DNA of 63,909 bases, the filler included, from Sphaeroforma arctica JP610 (Eukaryota): assembly GCF_001186125.1 (NCBI RefSeq). It is 7 parts of 3 records of this genome, joined end to end, with 100 filler letters (N's around TTAATTAATTAA, not from the genome) between each part and the next. Parts side by side here need not be neighbours in the genome. Positions count along the whole stretch, not along the records: positions 13,369 to 30,217 come from NW_014040523.1; positions 30,318 to 53,148 come from NW_014040522.1; 5 more parts are not named here. One strand, given 5' to 3'. Below are positions 23,201-36,300 of the stretch, piece by piece. The notes below the pieces were generated by a model. That model saw only the letters and a program-made list of their open reading frames with translations, did not search any database and was not told the DNA's origin. Each line of letters begins with the position of its first letter. Position 1 is the first letter of the stretch. A program made the position numbers and the translations under genes.

Positions 23201-26200
23201 TATCGTCCTCTTGCTCGATCTCAATCATATCGCCCAATACAGGCCCATCCTGTTGGCTGGTCTTGGGTGTTTTCTTCTCTACTTGTCCGTCGAGGTTCAT
23301 AGGCATTTCTGCGGGTGGTTACAGCGGTGTTATTAGGGATGCATGGATGTCAATGCATGTGCATATGAAGAAGTCAATGCATGTGCATATAAAGAAGCCA
23401 AGAGTATGATGCTCGTTGTGTATGCTTCAGAGCGGAATCGAGTCCAACATGCACGTCAACTAAAACCCTAAAACATAAACCGTGTACGCCCCCACATCTA
23501 CCTCAAATCGCTCGCCCACCAAAACCAAGTTTACAATCCAATCCCAACACACACCAGAATGCACGTTATCCGCTCCAATGATATGTGCGTTATCCCCGGC
23601 CGCCTTGATTCGGCTAGCGCGTGCGTCGGCGTCTGACTGCTGAGTGGCTGCCATGAGATGTATCGGTGCACGGGCCATAGTCCCCCCGTCACTCCATTTA
23701 CCAGTGCTCTCTTTGTACGAAACGTTTTCAATAGCCGGGCGTAACGGCGTACCCCTCACCACACACAGCTCATTCTCGGGCAGGCGCGCATTGAAACAGG
23801 CGTACAGGACACTGGTTGGGACAGAGCCGGATTTGTCCTCTGAACCTGCCTCTGTGCTTGGTGTCTCGGATACGAATGTGCACCTGAACACCGGGTTTTT
23901 GGACTGCTTTCCGCTTGATTTGGCCTCTTTCTTGTTGGGCACCTCCCACACTCGCACTTCATCCGCATGCGACACGGCGACTACATTGCATTGCTGCATC
24001 AAAATATAAGATATTGGGATCGGCTGAGTCGTGCGATTGGGCAAAAGCTTACGATCCATATGCATATACAAGCATTGAGGCGCTATGACACCTACAGCCG
24101 TACAGAGATAACTATTCAATCAGGAACAACACGGAAACAATCTAGAATCATACAAAAGCAAACAATACCAAAACAACCTAGAATCATACAAAAAAAACAG
24201 TACCAAGCGGTGTAGAAACATACGAAAACAAACAGTACCAAAACAATCTAGAATCATACAAAAACAAACAGTACCAAGCCGTGTAGAAAATCGCCAAAGA
24301 TTTTCAAAGTCATATACTCCCAGTACACAACCCCCATCCAATTTAAGGCAGAAGACCTTCTGTAGATCTCACTCCCACACAGCATGTACAACTCAAGTCT
24401 TGGGGTTTTACCCTCCATCCACCAGCACGGCCACAGACACCAACCCAACCCGAACGTTAAACCAACTCAACCCAACCCATATACCACCACGACCACAGAC
24501 ACCAATCCAACACTCACATACCGCATCAGGCGACGAGCTGTGTGTCACTGCAATGCACTTGCTGGCTGCCTGCAAGGCAATCGCACCGACGGTGTGAGCG
24601 GTCTTGCCCTTGAGGTTCCACACGTTTGCGAATCGACCCACATTGTCGAAGGTCAGGAATTGGTTGCCATTGGGGTACACGCAGATCTGTATGATGCTCT
24701 CCTCTTGACCGGAGAAGTTCTGGTGGGAGAGGGGGAGGGCGTCCAATCGCATCAGTATATGGGCTTGAATTGGAAAGTGTACTTCTCTATCTATCTATAT
24801 GTATATATCTATATGCTGGGATAGAGATAACCCATCTGCAAGGGTGCGAAGTGGGAGCATTGGGAACTACGCTCTCGGCAAAAGCAGCAAACACTTAAGA
24901 TCAATACTACCCTCGTCAGACCTCATACGATTCAAATACGTTAACTGCACAGAGATCAACGTCAATACGCTCCCTTGCGAACACGCATTACCCACAAGAG
25001 TATCAGTACAACACATTCCCTTGCGAACACTCACTACCCACAAGAGTATCAGTACAATACAATCCCTTGCGAACACTCACTACCCACAAGAGTATCAGTA
25101 CAATACGTTCCCTTGCGAATACGCATGCGTGATAGTATAGCACCGTATGGATTCGTTCGTTCTAATGAGTTGCTGGCGCGAGCCGTGCATGTGCTCATGT
25201 ATACGAAATCAGGAATTCGATATGTCATCACAGCAATTAAGATGTAAAAAATAGTTAAACAACCAACGTATGGGTGTGGACACCAAGGATAAACCCTAAA
25301 ACCCTGGAAATAGTACAAGGTTGACACGGGATTCAACGGGGCCAAGGTGTGTTGTGAATAGAAACATTAAGTAGGAAGGCAGTATACAGTCAGGTGAAGG
25401 CAAACTCGAACTCTGTAGTCGTCGATGCATACAGTTGCACGCGCACGCAACGGGTGTGGTGGGAAGGGATGGACAGCTACACCCAGATACATGGGATAAA
25501 CGGAGCGAAGAAGTCCATTCACAGCACTCGATGGACTCTTACAAGCCCTAAACTCCACCCAGCAGGTGCATTGGTTGAGTCTTTATAGGACACTACATGT
25601 CTTGTATTTGTGGTACACGGGGCATATATACAAGTACTTGCACATACCTTTGTGGTTTTTTTAGTGTCGAGATCCCAAAGCTTCACAGTCCTACCGGCGG
25701 TCAATATGCTCTTTCCGTTTTGACACAGCGCCAATGCTGTGACTTTGTGGTCGTCCGCTTGAAACCGACTGAAACACCATAAGGAGATACAAATGAGAAC
25801 CTATATATGAAATACACATATTTATATGAAATACAGGTACATAAATATAAATATATATATACATACATGCACATACATACACGCACACATAAACACACAC
25901 ACACACACGTACATATATATATATATGTATTTGAACATTGGTATATGGCTGAATGTCAAACATGTATATACAATTCTATACCTACTTTCCCCTTCCTCTC
26001 TACATTTAAGGTAGATACATCAAAATTGCAGGATTGGGTTGTTCCGAACGACGGGATGCACGTGCAATAATAGAAAACAAATAATGCGGACGGTACCAGC
26101 ATATAAGGAGTAACCCACGCGTATACAGATCACCCAAATGTTCTATTATAAGGCACTAGCACACATGAAATGCGTATACGCGTTTTCGGATGTTAGTATA

Positions 26201-26230
26201 TAAAACTTGCGCACATAACGCCTTCCAGAA

Positions 26231-26265
<35 letters not shown>

Positions 26266-26276
26266 TACATATATAT

Positions 26277-26309
<33 letters not shown>

Positions 26310-26484
26310 CATATATAAATACACATATACATACATGCTTATATATATATGTATATATATATTTCATGTAGGTATGTATATATGTGAACGTAAATATGCA
26401 TAAATTTGATGTTGTGTGTATATACATATCGAATATATATATTTTATTATATATATATATATATATATATATGACTACACACAC

Positions 26485-26519
<35 letters not shown>

Positions 26520-27057
26520 CGTGAATAAACAAACTGTGGGATTGCCAAATATATTACCCTCAAGTAATAGCAAATGTACTACAAGTATCGATACATAAAA
26601 TGCACACTGTTAGCCATATATTTGAAGCGACGCAAATAATTAATAGTTTTTCTTATTGTGACTGTTATTTTTCATACCTCGTTGATGTGCCCGATTCGAC
26701 TTTCCATATTTGTACGTGCTTGTCATTCGAACACGTGTACAGTGTGCTCCCGTCATCAGAGAAGATCATAGCGTTCACCTGCTCTGTATGTCCCTTTAAT
26801 TCCTTCACAACCTCACTCTTGGCTATGTCGAATAAGTGCACACTGCCGCTGCGTGTACCTAAGGCTATAGTTGACTGTGTGGGATTCGATGCACTCGGGT
26901 TCCAGGCCAGACATGTGTAGGCGTCGCTCAGATTGGCATCTGACACATGCTGTACAACAAGCTTTGATGTGGCTGTGTCATATATTCTTAAACGTCCGTC
27001 TGTGCTTAGGCAAGCGTACAACGCCCCTGTTGGGTCTACAGAGCTGTGAATACTCAT
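20256..27057 (-). CDS. WDR43: WD-repeat protein 43 / U3 snoRNP-associated Utp5; 8 exons: 27057-26678, 25768-25648, 24719-24522, 23993-23555, 23308-23136, 22251-21922, 21027-20958, 20383-20256
   Basis: N-terminal WD40 repeats ([31 protein letters not shown]); Utp12-type domain [22 protein letters not shown]...[17 protein letters not shown]...[11 protein letters not shown]; acidic C-tail; all GT-AG junctions are phase-compatible. Confidence 0.92.
22256..22390. repeat. Degenerate telomere-like (TTTAGGG) tract next to WDR43 splice acceptor
   Basis: ggggtttagggggtagttttaggg...tttagggtttagaggg...tagggtttagggttag. Confidence 0.75.
24972..25120. repeat. 46-bp tandem repeat (intronic), ~3 copies
   Basis: cccttgcgaacactcactacccacaagagtatcagtacaa.. 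starting at 24972, 25018, 25064, 25110. Confidence 0.85.
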
Positions 27058-27721
27058 GACTATATATGTTTGTATGTATTTGCAGGTCGAAACTTTACTG
27101 GTTGTGTGTTAACGGATTGCTATTGCAAAGTAGTCAGGAGATGTATACGTCAATGGACCAGTGCAAGTGTCGATTGTTATGATTCGATCGACAAAGCAAC
27201 ACTTTATCTGCTATTATTTAACTTCAACTTTATGAACCACAAGGTACTGTCTCATTCAAATACAACAGCTTCGCAGAGTATATTACACATAGTAAACCAA
27301 AAAGTCATAATATCAATATCGAACACTGAGCCGCTGAGGTGGAGGATGGAACACATGCACCCCTACACGCCCGTAGCTTATTTGCCGTCTAAAAATAGAT
27401 TAATCCATGACAATGGTTCCATATTGTTTATTTTTGCAAAAGAAAACTAAATACCCTCGCTAGGCTAAAACTTGAAAGCCGGTTCTTACAATTTTTGGGT
27501 TTTGGGTTTTTAATTAATTTTTAATATATTTTAGGCTTACTTGGTCGATTAGCCTCCTAAAAACAGAACATTTTAGGAGCATTTACCGAAATGCCAGTAA
27601 CTCCTCACTCACTCACTCAGGCCATGTTCCATGTTGTAAACCGAATAGCCATAGGCCCCCATAGGCCAAAGGCCTCTAAATCGAACTTATCAAAGCACGG
27701 GCGAGTGCACATACGCTACAA

Positions 27722-27875
27722 ACATAGGGTGATTATAGCACAAGCATGCTTACACTCTTGACAAGGATGATTATAGCACAAGCATGCTTACACTATTGAC
27801 AAGGGTGATTATAGCACAAGCATGCTTACACTCTTGACATAGGGTGGTTATAGCACAAGCATGCTTTCACTCTTG
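27722..27875. repeat. ~38-bp tandem repeat, 4 copies
   Basis: agggtgattatagcacaagcatgcttacactcttgaca units. Confidence 0.9.
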
Positions 27876-30800
27876 GGCCTATGTGAGCTCTGTACCATAT
27901 CAATGCTCGTAGTTCTTTTTTATTCGCAGTGCTTTCGGTCGCAACTGTCGGCTGAAATTAGTGTTTTAAAAACATTTTTGCTGCATGTGATGAGAGATGT
28001 ACTAGCGCCGTCATCTAGAAGTAAACGTGAACGATTTTTTTCTACTTGTATTGATTTCTATTTCAGTAAAACTTTGGGACTGGATGATACAATAATTACT
28101 TCCCTGACAATTTTATGTCGAGGTACATTGGTCATATCAGCGTATTCTAGCGGTAACTGATTCAGCGTGGTAGGTTCCTATTCCTGTCTTTGTAAAGTCT
28201 GATTTTACCGTTGACTTGGGTCACCTGGCTTTGCGACGTTATAGGAGGTAACCATTGCGTCTGCGAACACCACAGACGGACGTTGTTGTAACAGTTGAGG
28301 AACCATGTTTCTTTCCTCGACATGTCTGTTGAAGGATTTGTTACGAGTGACAGCAAAGCTTTTTCGATGGCTTTAATAGAGTTTAGGCGTCATCGAAAGC
28401 AATACATTTCGCCATCAGCGCGTGTATATATATTTTTGTTTTTTTTTGAAAATGGTATTGACTCTTCTGAACTGTGTCGTTTCTGACCTGCTTCGCTGCG
28501 CTGTTGATCTTATTTGATCAGTGTTGTAGAAATAATTGTTCCTGTGATAAGAACAAAAGTAGATGAGGGTGTCATTGCCCAGGTGTCGACACTTGTTGGT
28601 TTCATGGGACGTGGGAGTACACCATGTTTTTCAACATGATGTTTTGGCACCGGATGCCAAAACATTCCCGACTATATGGTCTTCTTGGTTGCGCATTAGG
28701 TTTGGAAATCTGTCGCACCAAATATAACCTTTCTCAGTAAAGTGAGTCGAGACTGTCAAGTGTCAACCGTTGCAAGAAAGTTGCGACTGCACATTTCGTC
28801 CGGCATTTTGATTAAAAACCAAATGTAATCCTGGTCTTAATATATGGGCGGTAAGTGAATATGTGTATCGTACTGCATCATTACTAGGCACTGCGTGCAT
28901 GTTACCTTTAGTGTACGTGGGTGCAGCCTGTCGATGTTGGCCAAATTCCCTCCTGTTGTTGATCGGGTGTGTTTAACTCTGAACTCGTGACAAATGAAAG
29001 AGTAGAGCAACCACACCAGGATCAATCGTGTTGCCATAACGACCAAACCGTTGTTGATTTCGTTGTCGGCCAAGAACGTCCCGAACTTCTAACTGCCGAT
29101 CTTTGGGTTTTGAACGCTACTGAAGTATGCTACCCAACTCGGGGTGTGGTGATTGGGTCGTAGCCCTGCTAGTCCTAAATAGGACATCCCAAGTGGTCAG
29201 TGAAGTAAACTTTCATAAGTTGCATACTCTGAGGGTGAATGTTGACGTCCAGTTCACTTGCGAACGCCGCTTCATCAACATTCATTGCGTAAGCGCTCGA
29301 GGTGTATGTGAGCCTATCGAATTATTTCTATGAGTTTGTGAGCCTACTATCTACGGGATCACCCTTTAGTTCTCTACCGAGGCATAAACTCATCTACCCC
29401 CATAGCTCTTCCTGACCCCAGTAGACCGATCGTAGTATATTATAAATATGATAGACTATCTATCACTCCCACCCCCATACTGGCCTAGTAGACTTCGCTA
29501 AGCCCACTATGCTATAGTCCTCCTAGATGGGCATATGTGCCAGATATACACACGACTTCTAGGTGTTAGGCTGCGTCCCTGTACGATATATTTCTACCAT
29601 CATTCTCTCAGCTATACCCTAGATAGTAGTACATACACCCCTATAGAGTATACCTAGCCACTCGGTCTCTAGGATGATCACTATAGTACACCAGTCGACA
29701 GACTACTACCCGTTATATGTATATCAACGGTGTACCCAGGGGAGGGGGGTAGATATGACATTCACTACAGATAACCTCCCTACCCCATCAACCACTACAC
29801 AGCTATACACTATAGATACAGTCCGTCAGGATATACTAGCTTTACAGCTCCTGTCGTTAAGGTCTACTATATACCTACACCATATATATACTATACTATA
29901 GTTTAGTCCTAGACGATAGCATATTAGTACACTGTCTCACTATCATGCGCCTACCTCTAGTTTGCTCCCTACTAGCTCTCTGGTACTACGAAAGATACCT
30001 ATACCCATACTATATACATCTACCATAACTGTCGGCTTAGTACTTGTACATATATATATATATATATGCTATACTATACTATACTATATACCTAGAGTAT
30101 ACGTATTCCAGCATCTATACACCCGTCTCCACCGCACTGCGTAGACGCTTTCATTGTATACATACACCGACTACAGTCTACCGTATACCTACACCACATA
30201 TATAGACCCCACACCCANNNNNNNNNNNNNNNNNNNNNNNNNNNNNNNNNNNNNNNNNNNNTTAATTAATTAANNNNNNNNNNNNNNNNNNNNNNNNNNN
30301 NNNNNNNNNNNNNNNNNTATGTATGTATGCATGCATGAATGTATGTAAATATGTATGTATGTATGCATGTATGTATGTATGTATGTATGTATGTGTATAT
30401 TTATGTATACATATATATATAAACGCTAGTGTGTTTATTAGATCATTTAATTCCACTGCACATTATACATATAATGTATATGAACATATATACGAGCAGT
30501 GCTTTAACGATGAGGGACTTTCAATGCCATGTATTTTGCTGTGAATTGCCTTATGGTGGTCGGTCAGACCATATTTTCAAATGTGTACCAATCTGCCTAC
30601 CTTGGGATAAACCAAAGGAGATGTGCACTTATATACAAGTGTGACCTGGTCTAATATTTTGAGAGCGACCTATACTGTTCGTCATTTCATCAGTTTCCCC
30701 TATAAGTTCACCTGCGTAGGCTGACGTGTATGTACCTGCTGGCAATTGAAAAACGCGAGACAAGAATCCTAATATTGCGAGGTATTTCAGGTCGAGCATT

Positions 30801-33336
30801 TATTTTTAGTCTATAAACAACATTTCGAATGCTGACGTGCTTTACAAGTTGGCTAAACGACTACATATAGAGATCATACAGGACTTCGTTGAAGTGGCAC
30901 TAAGGAGACACGAGAAAACAATGATGCAATGTACCGCGTAACCACCAAGCATATCAAATCAAAATAATAGTTGGTCAGATTGTGGCAGTGGTAAATCTGT
31001 CCCGCTAGTGCATAAGAATGAAGAATATAACTTTTGATATCCCGAGGGAGGGCGAATATGTTTAACTTCCCAATATCCCGTCTGCTGTACATTCCAGTGA
31101 CAGAGGGTCATGAAAACTGTTGATTTTCTTCGGGTTTTAAATATTCACCACACTAATCACTATTCAGTGACGAGTGCCACGCTTGTCCGAACCGAGAACC
31201 CAACACAGGCCAACTCGTATATTTGATCATTATGCAGTGTTTCGTGTGATTGCAGAGTGCAGACTGACTGACTGTGGCCTTGTGGATAGAAGGTACTTTG
31301 AGTGTTATTTTTTAACATTTGTCTAGCTATGCTGTTGTAGAAACTAGAATGTAAATAGAATATTGAATACAAGCCGCGCCCGCGCCCGCGCACCGCGGCC
31401 CGGATCTCGAAACAGGCCGCGAGCCGCGAACTCTTCTCAGTTGTTTTTTTCTTGACCTGCCGGCTGTCTATCTCTCTCTCTATATACAGAGAGTAGAGAC
31501 TAGAGTGAAAGTGAGAGCGAGTCTCTCTACTAGAAGACTCTATTTATTTATTTTAATCATATAAATTCTAAAATAGCTAGAGTTGCCTGGACTGCTGGAC
31601 TGTTGGAGTCACTGCTGGAGTGCAGAAGAGTCTCTAGAGTCACTGGAGTCTAGACTCCTCTAGTTTAGTATGCAGTTAAAGTCTCTCAGTCTCGCTCTCT
31701 CACTACATAGTCTCTCTCAAATAGAGAGTAGATACTATAAATTCAAAATTTGGAGTGATGTGAGACTGTGAGTAGACGACTTCAACCGTTTTCCGTTAAA
31801 ACTTTTACAAATCGAATAAATATACGTTTACGTTCATCTTTTATTTCATATGCGGTCCTTGTATGTATGGCATAGGTACACATTGCGGGTCTAAACATTT
31901 AGGTGTGTACTGTTTTCATCATACGAACTCGTTCTAAAAAAGAACTTAGGGAGGCCGTTCTGATCACTCTACAACCGTTAGAACGTTTTAAAATTGTGTA
32001 AATAAATATGCGTTCAACTTCTATTCCATACCCCCATAACGTAATGAGCTTAGATTCCAGTCAATATTCAGAGTTCAACTGTTCACTGCTGTAAACCTGT
32101 AATGTATCGTAAATCCGTACATAACTCGCGAGCTGCGTGACACGTCAGCATTTCAGCGCTCTCAGAGTTTCTGTCCTCGGAGGCTCGGAGTCAGCGGCCT
32201 TTTTTTGTTTTGTTTTTAAACAATTTAAAAGAGCTTTCACCACACATACCAAGTTCTCGAGTCCATTCATTTATGCAATAAACATTTTTTTATAAAACAA
32301 ACCAACCCAAATTGTATCAGGACTTTAACACAAGGGTTGGCTCAACTTGATTGGTTAAAACTTTTCACTTTTGTGCAGTCTGGAGTATTTGAAGTTTTTA
32401 TTTTTGTCTGTGATTTGCTGAGTACCTCTTTTTATATATATAAAATTCAAACTGATCTACAAGCAGTTCCAGTGAATCTTATCAGTAAAACAAATACACA
32501 CAGTCAGTACTCAGTACTCAGTACTCGTACTTCAGTACAGTCAGCAGTTAGCACCACTTACAAAGTACATACTACAATACATAGTACTTTGTACATACAG
32601 TCATACACAGTACATATGATAGCATTTATTTATTTTAGGTATATTTTGCTTTGTTTTGTTGAAAACGAATGAGCAACAAGCCAGAATTCTGAAAGTTGAA
32701 ACTCGTTTCGCATAAATATTTTGTTTTGATTTTGTATATATATATTTTTATAAAAAAACAAATAAAAACCATATATAGTATTTTTGTTTTTTAATAAAAA
32801 CAATATGTAAATAAAATATACATAAATACATACATATTTACTCCGGAGAGATGGAAGAGCCGGAGACTCTCCTGCGATTGACGTCTGATATATAATATTC
32901 AGACATGGTATTTCCGTTCTTGTATTATTGCGACACGTGTCGCGATACTCGTCAGTGACTGCATACATCTAGCTAGCGGATGACAAAAGAGATGGCCAGT
33001 TAGTAACCCTTTATGGGTCTGTTTGACAAATTTAAGAAGATGCAGTCACCTATTTCCAGTCTTAGAATATATCAACATACGTGTTACAAGTAAAACCGAT
33101 TCATGAACTATTGCTGACGGCTGTTAGTGTTTTAAAGATATCATATCGTAGTGACTGTCTAGCAACTTTTCCCCGACTATCAAGGAAACAATTTAACTGA
33201 TTAGAGCATACTAAATACAACATCTAAGTATTGGTTGGAAATCAGTCTCGTCGAGATAGTACCTGATGGATAGTTCTGTCGCCTACTTTCCTGACATTAT
33301 CATAAATTACATAGGTGCGTATTAGACATATGCACA

Positions 33337-36300
33337 ATGATTGTCAGAATATCATTGCATGCGGCTGTGTGGTGCCTCAGTGTATTTGGGGCGTGTGGAG
33401 CGCAGAAAATTTTGAATTTTGAAATCGGCTGGAAGACACTCATACTCTCATCTAACGCGGATTTGGCTCAATTGCCGGTAGGAATGGCGAAGGTAAGCTG
33501 GTTTTTTGTACATACTACCTTCAATTTTGAAAATGGCTGTAGTATCGTCGTTGATAGATTTGCCTTGAATTGCACTAGAAGTCTGATTTTCTTACAAAAC
33601 AACTGCTCAACCAGGCATACGGGGCGAATTATGATTTGATATCTGTCGACGCGCAAGGTGGATTGCAAATCCAACTTATCGACCCTGTCACATTAAAGCC
33701 AAAGTACAACTCAAGTAAGTCTACGTCTAACTCATCAATACTAGTTATTTCGGTGTCTATCGTACTTTGTCGCACCCGATAGGCGATATTTATATGTTCG
33801 CATCTGAGCTATATATCTGCTCGATCTATACTTCCAATGGTGTATGAATATGGAGGCATGTGTATCTAAACCAGAAATTTATGTTTAATATTCAAAGTTG
33901 TTCAGACATCTGCGACTGCCAATGGTTTGGGGGCTAAGCGAGCTATTTTAGACGACTATTGTGCAAAGTATAATGTGAGGAGGGTGATGCTCAACTCAGG
34001 ACCCATCGATGTAGGTGAGTGAAAGTTCTCCGGCATGCACTCGACCCATATTTTACGGAGTACATATTTTTATCAGCGGTGATTGCCGTCAAAACGCATA
34101 CAATCCCTTGAGATAAATACACTCCGTGCAAAATTCTATTCACAGCCGATGCAGCAATCTACGGACTCTCAGGGCGATTGAGCACGTCGGCAACGACGGT
34201 GCAATATCTGTACGACACTGCTGTACAGGGTGTAAGTAATGTTGTACGTTCGGGAGTGCCAATTAAAGTAGGTATGGAAACCGAGTTTGCTTCCAGTACA
34301 TTCTGGATCAACCCGGCATATATCAACACTGCCTTGAATAAGGACCAACATATTCAACCGTTGCTCAATTTGAACTTTGTGGTGACCAGCTCGGATGCAC
34401 AATACGTGACGGACCCCGTTGGCACTATAACGACCGCTTTGGGGGGGATAATCCATCGCACTCCCAGTACTGGCGTAGAGGTGATGTACTTTTTTATCAC
34501 TGCAAACGCTAACGGATTGCACGGGCCCACACTCGCGCACTCTTGGTTCCCCTGGGTTACAAAAGGCCTGTTCATGGGTCAAAGGAGGTTAGTGCTGGAC
34601 ACACAAATCGACGACTTCTACCTTGATAGCAAACTGTACAACACCGGACAACGGTATCGCACCACGGCAACAGACTATGCATATCACGTGACGGAACAGT
34701 ATAAGCTAAATGCCGCAAGTGCTCCTGGATCTAACTTCACGATACAGATGGCTTTCAATGGCAAAGGATACGACAGTCTCGCAAACATCTATGTGCCTGA
34801 TGTCAATCCGCAGAGCGTAGCTCAATTTGACAAGTTTCTTTGGCTCACACACACGTGGAATCACATCGACATGTACTGTATTCAGTCGACTTGTGCACCG
34901 AAAAGCACCTACATCGATCCACAACTGAAAGCTTGTCACGATTGGCGTGCATCTGCTTGTCCTTATACCGAGCCAGTGTACCCGTCTACGGGTTATACCC
35001 CTTACGAGTACCAGATGTATGAGCTTACAAGAAACATGCGCTTTGCTTCCACGGTGCTGAAGACCTCTGCTCATCCAAAAGTTTGGTCTCCGTACTCCAT
35101 TGTGACCCCAAGAATATCAGGACTTAATTACACCGAATCGATTAGGTATGGTTTTTATCTGATTCATGGGATAGTTTCTGCCTACCTATTGTCTTGACTT
35201 TCGGTTTCATAAATTAGCTGTTGATCGTAGTACTGCAGAATTGGGCCGAATTGGGTGGTATGTATTGGTCGTGGCGCACAAGTTTGTATAATGTGTCACC
35301 GTACTCATTTCTCAGCATACGATGTTCATGATAATCAGGGCCATGCTTGCAGCTGGACTTCGATTTGCGGTAGGCGATAATTCACGCGCAGACTTGAGGC
35401 CTGTAAATCCTTGGCACCCCTTCGTTGCAACTGCTAAGGTCGGAGCAACTGGCAACCTCCTCACAGACATCCAAAAGGCAAATTTCGAAACTGAGATGGA
35501 GCGGTTGTACGGTGCCAAGTCTATGGTGGTGATACCAAGATTCGCCACTGAGATTTACTTTGATACGGCTACCCAGCAACAACTGCAGAGTGAATTCAAT
35601 AGTTACTACGGACCAAAATGCTACGGCTATGATCAGAGCGCGTCAGCAACGGATGGTGGCTACAAATGCAACGTGAATTCATTCAAGTTTCCACGCGATC
35701 TGACGGCTACCGAGATTATTGGGATGGAGGGCTTCCGCACTGCGAGAAACTTACTTAACATGAGAGTCGACCCTTACATGGTAAGTTGCCTCTGCGATAT
35801 ACTATTGTACGCTCGCAGAGAATATGGCATTTTGATGTTGTGTTGATTATGACTGCGTCCATCTACAACCTCGGCTACTCTAAATTTCCACCCCCATTTC
35901 TAGTTTGATATCTAAGTTTGTTCATGTGTTCTTCATTATTCTTGTAATGTAAGGAAACAGTTCGGATTTTCACAGAGACAGGATTGGCACACACAAACTT
36001 TGCTATATAGCTGGTTGGCATTCTTTTCAATTGAATTGATGCGATGCTTAACACCTCTTTATTTAACTTTCATCGGGCACTATGATCACCCAAATCCGAA
36101 CCATCGGTTAACAGTACCATTTTGTGAAATGCCATCTAATCCACACCTTATACACAATTCTTCATAACAGTTTCACCAGGCCAACCTGGCAGTGGTCGAT
36201 GGTGTCAGCCTCCTCAGTCTATGGCTGCGAGTGGTTCAAAAGTGGCTAAACCTGTACGTAACCTTCCCCATCATCACATACAAAATGGACGATCTCGCCC

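Noticed and set aside
26146..26532. ORFs rich in Y/I/H/T/C/V (also 25691-26070, 30262-30544, 55556-56075, 57537-57943)
   Set aside because: Products of (TA)n/(CA)n microsatellites in introns or gap flanks.
28837..29333. Ulp1-like protease remnant (FLADNEINNGLVVM)
   Set aside because: Single weak motif, no catalytic His/Cys motifs, many stops.
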